From an uncultured Lentimicrobiaceae bacterium (GTDB lineage: Bacteria; Bacteroidota; Bacteroidia; Bacteroidales; WCHB1-69), in assembly GCA_964598505.1 (NCBI GenBank), contig CAZRCF010000001.1, positions 73,480 through 137,479 of the forward strand: a stretch of DNA of 64,000 nt, in the 5' to 3' direction. Below are positions 54,450 to 61,462 of the stretch, one piece after another. The position numbers were made by a program, and so were the translations under genes. Within the stretch, counting starts at the first letter, position 1; each line of letters begins with the position of its first letter. Under the pieces are notes generated by a model, which worked only from the letters and a program-made list of their open reading frames with translations, had not been told where the DNA came from and ran no database searches.

Positions 54450-55175
54450 TTATTTCAAATGCTGTTGAGCTGTAAGTTCAAATCCTTTTGTGTATGCAAA
54501 ATTACATGCATAAAGGAATGCTTCTCGTTGCCAACCAATAAAATCATAAAAATACGTACCATTTCTTGGATCTTTGACAGTGAATCTAATTTTCTCTTCA
54601 TTTTTTTCAATTGTACAAACTGGTCTTTCTTGTTGCCAATTTGCACCTGGAATCTGTTTGAATAATTGTTCAAGACAAGTTGTTGATAATCTTGGGGAAG
54701 TATACGCATTAAAAGCTGTAGCTGGATAAACTGTTCCGGCAACGAGACGTTTTAAATTCTCAAGATATACAACATTTCCTTGAATTGAATTGTTTGTTAG
54801 ATTAAGAAATGCAACTCTCATGTTTCCAAAATCAAGATTAAACGAAAGAATTACAAAATGTGCCTCAGTTTGTGCTGGTTGTTGTCTTGGATTCATATAA
54901 AATTTAGGATTAATTAACCAGAATAAATCAACAATTGCATATTTCTGTTTAGCTGGTGATGGTGGAACAAATTCTGAAACTGGAGCTGAAAATGGATCTG
55001 TTACAATTCCACCATTTCCAGTTGCGAAACTATCCGCACCAGTTGAGAAACTATCTGGACCAGGAACACCAGTTGTACCAGCATCTGTTACTAAACTTTC
55101 AAATGTTTGATTTCCTGTTTGCATAAAGCCAACAGGAGGAGTTCCAAAAGGAACACCATTTTCTTCATTACCCAT
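54450..55175 (-). CDS. hypothetical protein (Gly/Pro/Thr-rich N-terminus)
   Basis: 241-aa ORF with AAGGAGG RBS. Confidence 0.55.
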   Translation of the reverse strand: MGNEENGVPFGTPPVGFMQTGNQTFESLVTDAGTTGVPGPDSFSTGADSFATGNGGIVTDPFSAPVSEFVPPSPAKQKYAIVDLFWLINPKFYMNPRQQPAQTEAHFVILSFNLDFGNMRVAFLNLTNNSIQGNVVYLENLKRLVAGTVYPATAFNAYTSPRLSTTCLEQLFKQIPGANWQQERPVCTIEKNEEKIRFTVKDPRNGTYFYDFIGWQREAFLYACNFAYTKGFELTAQQHLK

Positions 55176-55209
55176 ATTTGCTGCCTCCTTGTATTTTCTT
55201 TTATATTTT

Positions 55210-55710
55210 TTATTTTTCTGGTGGAGTAAATAACCTTAATTCAAATTTTGTTGGTTGTATATTATATGAAGATTTCTCATAAACAAGAATATCAGCTAAA
55301 AATTCTGTAGATAAACTTATAAGTATATCTGCCTCACGGCGAGTTATTGGGCATGACGATTTTTGAGATCTTAAAGCTTTAATAGCTCTGTCTTCTGCGT
55401 TATCACGACCATATGCTTTAATCGGTTGATCTAGAAAACTACACAGAGAAATACCTCTTGAATACTTATTTGATTTGATATCATAAAGAACACAAATTGT
55501 AATTCTAGGATGTTTATTTGCATCTCGATAATGATAAAATCTTCTCTTAATTGTATTACAATTTGAATAAAGAAATTCTTTATTCTTTTTAAATTTAATT
55601 TGATCTTCTAAATTAGAATCTGTTTGATTCATTGCTTTGAGTAATTCAATTGCTTCTTCTGATAGTTTATATTTTACTGGTCTATAAGTTACTGTTGTAC
55701 TCTTAAACAT
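55210..55710 (-). CDS. hypothetical protein
   Basis: 166-aa ORF with AGGAAAGGAA RBS. Confidence 0.55.
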   Translation of the reverse strand: MFKSTTVTYRPVKYKLSEEAIELLKAMNQTDSNLEDQIKFKKNKEFLYSNCNTIKRRFYHYRDANKHPRITICVLYDIKSNKYSRGISLCSFLDQPIKAYGRDNAEDRAIKALRSQKSSCPITRREADILISLSTEFLADILVYEKSSYNIQPTKFELRLFTPPEK

Positions 55711-55727
55711 ATTTCCTTTCCTCTTTT

Positions 55728-56072
55728 TTATAGTTCTGTTATTATAATATCTAATTTATTCATTAACCATTTAGCTACAATATGACGATGACAAAAATTC
55801 AACGATGCTTCATAACATAATAGAATAGAATCTTCTCCAAGTTCTTGATAAGTTTTTGCCGCATCCAAATTGTTTAAAATCTCATTATGATATCTAATTG
55901 TATACTCTTCTTTTGTAATTTTTTTTGATTTATAATCCATAACTAAGTCCCAACTTGGACAAAGTGGTTTATAAATTCTAACTTTGAATCCCTCTGGGGG
56001 TTTTCTCGAAATTGATACTAATTTTGGATCATCTTTTACAATTTTTGGAGATGCGAAATATGAAGTCTTCAT
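55728..56072 (-). CDS. DUF488-like protein
   Basis: VSISRKPP...YKPLCPSWDLVMDYK...ILLCYE...FCHRHIVAKWL fits the DUF488 pattern as I recall it. Confidence 0.5.
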   Translation of the reverse strand: MKTSYFASPKIVKDDPKLVSISRKPPEGFKVRIYKPLCPSWDLVMDYKSKKITKEEYTIRYHNEILNNLDAAKTYQELGEDSILLCYEASLNFCHRHIVAKWLMNKLDIIITEL

Positions 56073-56225
56073 AGGGCATTTATTCTCCTCTTCTAATTAA
56101 TTCTTTTTGTGCTTTGATTTTTGTGGGTTCATCTGGAGGACTTGTTGCTAGAAATTGAATATACCAATATGGTATATCTTCCATTGGAATGAGTTTACCT
56201 TTTATGTAATACCTACTACAATCCA

Positions 56226-58319
56226 TTATTTGCCTCCTTTTAAAGATTCTAAATACATTTCAGCAATGAGCTGGGCTGCTTTCAAACTTAGACGTCCTTG
56301 GGTAGTTATACTCTTAGCTAATTGTTTGTTACTAAATCTATAACTTTGTTGACCAAATAATCCATATAACGTATTCATTGTGACCTTGATTGCTTTTTGC
56401 CGCATCTCAAAAAATGAATAATCATTAGTTCCTTTTTTAAATTGATCTCTTTCTTTCTCATAATTATTTCTAAGGTCTTTAAGATTTTTTAAGAAATCAA
56501 TAAATAATCCTTTTTTAGTTTCATGTTTTACAAACAAGCAACCAGATAAAGATAATATTAAATTATTTGTTTTCAAATAGTTCTCAAAAGACTTTACAGG
56601 AATTTTTATTATCTTAATTGTTGGTTTTAAAATATCTTCAATTATATATAGAAAATCTGGATCTGTCGGCAAAGAATCATTTATAAGATACTCATTACAA
56701 AAACTATTGTATTCTTTACTGTTCGGATGTACATCATCAAATAAATCAATCATTGGTAAGAAATATCTTCTTATAATCATGTAATCTTCAATCTCTTGTT
56801 GATTAAATAATTGAGATAATGATTTCTTATGATCTTCTATTTTCTTCAATAAATATGCTATAATTAAATAATAATTTTGAACGTATTCACCTTTGTTTTG
56901 TGGCTTTAATTTATCTACATATTTGACAGTCATTTCATATAAAGAAAGATATATACTCTGTGGTATCGGCATTTTAGCTATTAGAGCTTTATCTATTGCT
57001 GCTAAAAACTTATATGTTAACGGGTCGATAATTTTTCCAAAGAATGTATCAAACGATATATTTAATTGAGTAATCATTGATGGATATAATGAACTAGCAT
57101 CCAAATCTACTATGATACCATCTTTACTTGTTAAAATTTGTGCTCGTGATTGTTTCACATAAGCACCTGGAAAATGACCAGTAATTGAACGATAAGTTTG
57201 TTGACTTATTTCTTTTATGGTCTTTTTCATTTGTTTTGGGATATAAAGAGTTGCCATTTCATCATCTGAAATAGATACGGTCGATTCATCTAATATTCCA
57301 AATCTTGTAAATTTACCTTCTTCATTTAATTTGTAATTAACATAAGTATCAAATAAGATTGACGAACCTCTTAAAGAAGCAGTAAATGGTGTTTTCATTA
57401 ATCTTCTTAAGAGATTGTAAGATTCAATATGTTTTAATTTTGAATTCATTCTAACACATAAAGCTACGTCAATTATATTATATAGAAGAAAATTAACAGG
57501 ATCTTTTTCATAGAAAGTATCAAGAGTCATTCCCTCTGATTTATATTCTTTTTTCCTTAAATCTAATTCTGCATCAGATACAAAATCTAATGCATAACTA
57601 CTCTGTTTTGACCCCATATTTAAACCACCGTCGTCTCTTGGTTTGTACGCGTATAAGAGATCTAAAACAGGGTATTCTGGAATCTTAATTAAGAATTCAT
57701 TATTGAATTTTTCAACTTTTATTTTACCGAATTGTGATAAGATCTTGCCGATTTCAACTTCATTCTTATTTAATATATTACTTAATCTAAAATAAATATA
57801 AGGCAAATCGAATCTATCAGTTGCCCAACCAGAAAGAACACTTGGATCAATTTCTTTAATTTTATTCCAACATGCTTTAATTAAATCTGTTTCATTATTA
57901 AAAACATATATTTCCAAACTCTCACCATCAACAATATATTTATCATCGGCAAGATCTTTTGTAAAAGCTTGTATAAGATTCGGAATTTCTTCTTTTTCTG
58001 GAAATTTTTGAATATTACTATGTCCTAATAAATAATAAGATCTAAATATTTTATCAAATGTGTTATAAATTGTGATTGCATTTATTGGAAATTTAGCTAT
58101 TTCTGGTTTTGGAAATATTCCAGCATTGCTAGTGTATACTTCAATATCCAAAAATAAAATATTCAGTTGTTGATCTTTATCGATCACATCTGTTCTATTT
58201 TTTAAATAATTTTGTATACTATAATATTGTTGATAGTCTAAATCCAATCCATAAACTTGATACGGGTTTATATTCATATCTTTAAACTCTTGAAAAGAAA
58301 AAGATTGCAAAGCTTTCAC
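56226..58319 (-). CDS. family-B DNA polymerase, N-terminal fragment (3'-5' exonuclease plus palm motifs A and B)
   Basis: Exo I is FLDIEVY, Exo II is DRFDLPYIYFR and Exo III is LLYNIIDVA. Motif A is DLDASSLYPSMI and motif B is KVTMNTLYGLFG. The ORF ends before motif C. The GTG start is uncertain. Confidence 0.9.
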   Translation of the reverse strand: MKALQSFSFQEFKDMNINPYQVYGLDLDYQQYYSIQNYLKNRTDVIDKDQQLNILFLDIEVYTSNAGIFPKPEIAKFPINAITIYNTFDKIFRSYYLLGHSNIQKFPEKEEIPNLIQAFTKDLADDKYIVDGESLEIYVFNNETDLIKACWNKIKEIDPSVLSGWATDRFDLPYIYFRLSNILNKNEVEIGKILSQFGKIKVEKFNNEFLIKIPEYPVLDLLYAYKPRDDGGLNMGSKQSSYALDFVSDAELDLRKKEYKSEGMTLDTFYEKDPVNFLLYNIIDVALCVRMNSKLKHIESYNLLRRLMKTPFTASLRGSSILFDTYVNYKLNEEGKFTRFGILDESTVSISDDEMATLYIPKQMKKTIKEISQQTYRSITGHFPGAYVKQSRAQILTSKDGIIVDLDASSLYPSMITQLNISFDTFFGKIIDPLTYKFLAAIDKALIAKMPIPQSIYLSLYEMTVKYVDKLKPQNKGEYVQNYYLIIAYLLKKIEDHKKSLSQLFNQQEIEDYMIIRRYFLPMIDLFDDVHPNSKEYNSFCNEYLINDSLPTDPDFLYIIEDILKPTIKIIKIPVKSFENYLKTNNLILSLSGCLFVKHETKKGLFIDFLKNLKDLRNNYEKERDQFKKGTNDYSFFEMRQKAIKVTMNTLYGLFGQQSYRFSNKQLAKSITTQGRLSLKAAQLIAEMYLESLKGGK

Positions 58320-58337
58320 CTCCTTTTATATTCTTAA

Positions 58338-58358
58338 TAATATAATTTCTATATGAAA
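58338..58358 (-). promoter_or_regulatory. conserved promoter-like box
   Basis: AATATAATTTCTATATGAAAA on the + strand, next to terminator 58371-58395. Confidence 0.55.
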
Positions 58359-58370
58359 ATTGTAATTAAT

Positions 58371-58395
58371 AAAAAATGGGAGATTTGACTCTCCC
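58371..58395 (-). terminator. rho-independent terminator (class II)
   Basis: On the minus strand, TGGGAGAGTCAAATCTCCCA is followed by TTTTT. Confidence 0.65.
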
Positions 58396-58409
58396 ACTGT
58401 TTCTTGCCG

Positions 58410-58778
58410 TTATTTAACTAATTTTAAATATGATCTTTCATGTTTACTTTCGATTTTTTCTGGTAATGGAACCGGAGCATCTGCATCTTGTTTTTTAGTT
58501 ATAGCTTCTGGTATTTTTACTTCATACTCAACTTTTAATAATTGATGTGGAATACCACCCATAGTAAATTCTTCTCCACGAATTTGTTGATTATCTAATT
58601 TCCAAACAGTTTCTCTTAATTTAAAATCTTTAGTTGGAACTAATGGGTAGAATTTAACGTTCCACCATCCCGGCTTATAATCTGGAGTTACATCAATAAT
58701 TTTAATATAAAATCCTTGAACTTTATTAACTTTTACTAAGACAATTTCACCATTATTTGTGATTACGGAATTATCCAT
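58410..58778 (-). CDS. hypothetical protein
   Basis: 122-aa ORF with AGGAG RBS. Confidence 0.55.
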   Translation of the reverse strand: MDNSVITNNGEIVLVKVNKVQGFYIKIIDVTPDYKPGWWNVKFYPLVPTKDFKLRETVWKLDNQQIRGEEFTMGGIPHQLLKVEYEVKIPEAITKKQDADAPVPLPEKIESKHERSYLKLVK

Positions 58779-58821
58779 TTCTGACTCCTATAATTTGGCA
58801 CTTTGTGTGCTGTATCATTCA

Positions 58822-58950
58822 TTATTCCTCCCAATGTCCCTGACAATCACAATTTTCAATATTACAATTTTGCCAACCATGGTTTTCTTGATCATGATCA
58901 CATGTACAATTTACAAAGTTTATTTGTTCTTCATTATATTCATCATCCAT
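58822..58950 (-). CDS. hypothetical 42-aa Cys/His-rich protein
   Basis: Below the track cutoff, with AGGAGGCAG RBS. Hand-translated as MDDEYNEEQINFVNCTCDHDQENHGWQNCNIENCDCQGHWEE. Confidence 0.45.
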   Translation of the reverse strand: MDDEYNEEQINFVNCTCDHDQENHGWQNCNIENCDCQGHWEE

Positions 58951-58967
58951 TTCTGCCTCCTGTAATG

Positions 58968-59000
58968 AAAAATTGGTGGGAAGATTTCTCTTCCCACCAA
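58968..59000 (-). terminator. rho-independent terminator (class II)
   Basis: On the minus strand, TTGGTGGGAAGA-GAAA-TCTTCCCACCAA is followed by TTTTT. Confidence 0.7.
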
Positions 59001-59147
59001 TTAAATGGGCACTTGGTGTGCAATAGGTCTTTCAACCAGGTCGCGTATGCGACCCTTCTATTAGGTTACCAAACCACCATTTTTAAAAAGGTATAGGGAC
59101 TAATATAGATGTCGACTTCTCTAACGCCAAACCTACCTTTCTAGTAT
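59001..59147 (-). ncRNA. unassigned structured trailer between tRNA-Met and the terminator
   Basis: 147 nt with no ORF. It contains a GGGTCGC-ATAC-GCGACCT hairpin, a GGTT-GAAA-GACC hairpin and an AAAGGTAGG...CCTATACCTTTT pairing. Confidence 0.25.
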
Positions 59148-59222
59148 TGGTAGCGAGAGCTGGAATCGAACCAGCTTATACAAGCTTATGAGGCTCGTGA
59201 GTAACCACTACTTTATCTCGCA
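59148..59222 (-). tRNA. tRNA with a CAU anticodon (Met, or Ile2 if lysidine-modified), CCA encoded
   Basis: Hand-folded. The anticodon arm is CGAGC-CTCATAA-GCTTG and the T arm is GCTGG-TTCGATT-CCAGC. The acceptor is TGCGAGA/TCTCGCT with a U1-U72 mismatch. It starts 7 nt after the Ro60 stop. Confidence 0.75.
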
Positions 59223-59228
59223 ACGATA

Positions 59229-60788
59229 TTAAGCTTCTGACTCGTACTGTTTCATCAGTCGAGCCTTAAATGTATCAAAATCAATTAGAGCTTCAATCAT
59301 CTTGATGATTTTACCATCGAGTCCTGAGATACGGACAACCTTCGAACTGGGTTTGAAGACTGATTTTTGATTAGGAGCTACATTAATTAGCAAGACTTTG
59401 CCTGCCAGATGATCTGGCATAATTCTGCGATATGCTTCAATGTTACACTCCTCTACCCAAGTTACTTCGTCTGTAATGATGACGAACAAATCCATTTCTG
59501 GATTATTCTTCAATGTCCACTCGATAGCATTCATTAATTCAGTACCACCATTACAAACAATTGAATTCTGAATCTTTTTAGCTATATCATTCGGACCGAA
59601 ATTGTTAAGCATGGGTTTAAAAGTTGATGTAATATCTTCAATTCCAGCAGATCCATGTCCTCCGTAGTTTTTCGACGCAAATGTATAGAACTTAAAATCC
59701 TTTAAGAACAATCCATTCAACATCGATAGAAATTTAGAGCCAGTTCGATGTCCTTCTCCTTTCATTGATCCTGATCGATCATATAAAATGACAGGCTTAG
59801 ATGCACGGCACTTAAAGGATACGTACTTTCTGAGAATTTCATCGCACACATCCTCAATTTCTTGAGGAACTCGGATATGTTTATTATATCCACTGTGTTC
59901 GATACTTTCCAGAAAAATCAGATCAAACGGATTGATGAATCTTAATGCAGATCCACCCTGAAAGAGTGAAGTTAAACGAGTTTTCAATGTACCAGCATCC
60001 TCTCCTTCTAAGAACGATAAATTCTTGATGAGTGAATTAATGGGAAGTTTAGCCACGTTTAATTTAACATACTCTTGCTTTTGTTCATGTGAAACACGAT
60101 CATCACTAATCGCTGCAGTTGTATGTTCTGATTTCTCGATCGCTCCAGTCTCTTTATTAACGACTGTTACCAGTTTCGATCCTTTACTATCTTCGATGAT
60201 TGCTTTGTAAAGCAAACTCATTTCAGACGTAGCAGGTTTTGGCTTCAAGATCTTGATTAAGTCTTTCAGTTTGAATTCACGGTTAAGCATCTTACGACGC
60301 TTTAGAGTGAGATCACCATAGGATTCAAGTGACATCCTAAGAGACAAAAATGTTACTTTTGGAATTGACTTTAGACCACCGATAATTCTTCCTTTCCAGT
60401 AACTTAAGAAGTTAGCTAGAAAGTCAGGACGTGTAAACACATCATGAATGATTCTGTAACAGCTATGTCCAGCAGCTTCAAGACGAGCTACCATAATTAC
60501 GGGAGATAATCTGATTCCCATAATTTTTCCCAAATACCACGCGAGAGCGATAACAAACTGAGGTTCAGTTGCAATCAGCTTATCAATTAATCTCTCGAAA
60601 TTTTCCAATTTGGCTTTTATACCAAGATAGAAGCTATTTCGAGGAACGAACGATGAAGCTTCAAGGAACAACGCTTGGTCATTATGCATCTTATAGACTG
60701 TGTAACCTTCTTCGTTCTTGATTTTTTTACTTGCTTTCGCCCTCGCCGCATACACCTTGTTTTTCATCACTTTGTTAATTTTGTACAT
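59229..60788 (-). CDS. rsr: Ro60-like protein (TROVE domain plus C-terminal vWA/MIDAS)
   Basis: NEEGYTVYKMHNDQALFLEASSFVPRNSFY parallels the Ro60 N-terminal pattern N..dGyv....d...l.rfL..Gs..gtYY. The vWA MIDAS residues are YDRSGSM ... GGTEL ... FVIITDE. The ATG at 60788 has an AAAGGAG RBS. The track start at 60842 overlaps the promoter box. Confidence 0.75.
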   Translation of the reverse strand: MYKINKVMKNKVYAARAKASKKIKNEEGYTVYKMHNDQALFLEASSFVPRNSFYLGIKAKLENFERLIDKLIATEPQFVIALAWYLGKIMGIRLSPVIMVARLEAAGHSCYRIIHDVFTRPDFLANFLSYWKGRIIGGLKSIPKVTFLSLRMSLESYGDLTLKRRKMLNREFKLKDLIKILKPKPATSEMSLLYKAIIEDSKGSKLVTVVNKETGAIEKSEHTTAAISDDRVSHEQKQEYVKLNVAKLPINSLIKNLSFLEGEDAGTLKTRLTSLFQGGSALRFINPFDLIFLESIEHSGYNKHIRVPQEIEDVCDEILRKYVSFKCRASKPVILYDRSGSMKGEGHRTGSKFLSMLNGLFLKDFKFYTFASKNYGGHGSAGIEDITSTFKPMLNNFGPNDIAKKIQNSIVCNGGTELMNAIEWTLKNNPEMDLFVIITDEVTWVEECNIEAYRRIMPDHLAGKVLLINVAPNQKSVFKPSSKVVRISGLDGKIIKMIEALIDFDTFKARLMKQYESEA

Positions 60789-60843
60789 GTTATCTCCTTT
60801 CGATTGAGAATAAAATTTATGAGCGGAATTGCCCATATACAAA

Positions 60844-60864
60844 ATTACTATTTCTATATGAAAC
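60844..60864 (-). promoter_or_regulatory. conserved promoter-like box (rsr/tRNA-Met unit)
   Basis: ATTACTATTTCTATATGAAAC on the + strand. Confidence 0.55.
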
Positions 60865-60870
60865 TTTTAA

Positions 60871-60911
60871 AAACAAAAAATAATTCCCCTGCCCATTTTC
60901 ATGGTTAGGGG
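60871..60911 (-). terminator. rho-independent terminator closing the ncRNA unit
   Basis: On the minus strand, CCCCTAACCATGAAAATGGGCAGGGG is followed by AATTATTTTTTGTTT. Confidence 0.6.
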
Positions 60912-60914
60912 AAA

Positions 60915-61420
60915 ATTAGTGAGCATACGAAAGGAGATTCAAAGTTAAACTTTGATCTTTTAATTTTTATTTATAAAATTTAGTCGTATGTAATGCTCGC
61001 TAGCTTTTTAATTTTTTTAGTGACCACTCTTTCGAGTGGCCAAATTGATGCGGATAGTTTATAGAACCCAAGTCTATTGCGGATTTCTCCGCGGCATATG
61101 TAATCCACATCAGCTCTATCGAAACGGATTTCTCCGATTGATTGTGTAACTGCTCCCTATAAAGAAGCAGTCAAATTGGCAGGGATAATTTTGCCGCCAG
61201 CTTTCGTTGGCTTGCCATTGGAGCGAGTTTCCCCGCGATTTTAATTAATTAGATTAATTAGTCGTATGTAATCCCTGCAAGCGAATTTTGCTCCGCGACC
61301 TCGCCGAACCTCATTGGGTTTGACACTCACCGGAGAGCTAATTATAAATGAAACTATCCCGTCGAACAGTTTCACTTTCAAATAAGAGATGAATCCGTCG
61401 ACTCATTCTTATTTTATAAA
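60915..61420 (-). ncRNA. large structured ncRNA candidate (about 500 nt) upstream of rsr
   Basis: It is bounded by promoter box 61421-61441 and terminator 60871-60911, is GC-enriched and has no RBS-led ORF. Four GAAA-capped hairpins lie at 61024-61039, 61079-61092, 61125-61136 and 61196-61211. A 14-nt exact repeat TAGTCGTATGTAAT lies at 60981-60994 and 61259-61272. Two 5' hairpins have related loops, GTCGACGGAT and GTTCGACGGGAT. Confidence 0.45.
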
Positions 61421-61441
61421 AGTAATATTTCTATATGAAAC
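61421..61441 (-). promoter_or_regulatory. conserved promoter-like box (ncRNA unit)
   Basis: AGTAATATTTCTATATGAAAC on the + strand. Its flank ATTTCTATATGAAACTTTTGAAT is identical to the tRNA-Gln box. Confidence 0.55.
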
Positions 61442-61462
61442 TTTTGAATATCAGAAAATTAT

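Noticed and set aside
34790-56330. Split-intein or intron explanation for the split PolB
   Set aside because: The N-fragment ends ...LESLKGGK and the C-fragment starts MLSKNFYDD. There are no intein N- or C-terminal blocks. About 40 independently translated genes with their own promoters and terminators lie between the halves, so neither protein splicing nor cis RNA splicing is plausible.
60981-61272. The repeat ATTACATACGACTAA resembles the T7-class promoter core (TAATACGACTCACTATA shares TACGACT).
   Set aside because: The match is only 7 nt, there is no single-subunit RNAP gene in the window, and the copies lie inside a unit that already has the phage's own promoter box.
60915-61420. tmRNA hypothesis for the large ncRNA. 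The loop string TTCGACGGGAT (61353-61363 on the + strand as ATCCCGTCGAA) is identical to the conserved 5' tRNA-like-domain segment of E. coli tmRNA as I remember it.
   Set aside because: I could find no 3' partner for an acceptor stem, no T-arm followed by ACCA, and no G3-U70. There is no tag ORF ending in a hydrophobic ..AA-type tail; the repeated in-frame ...ITYD-stop is not tag-like. I kept it only as something for ARAGORN or Infernal to test.
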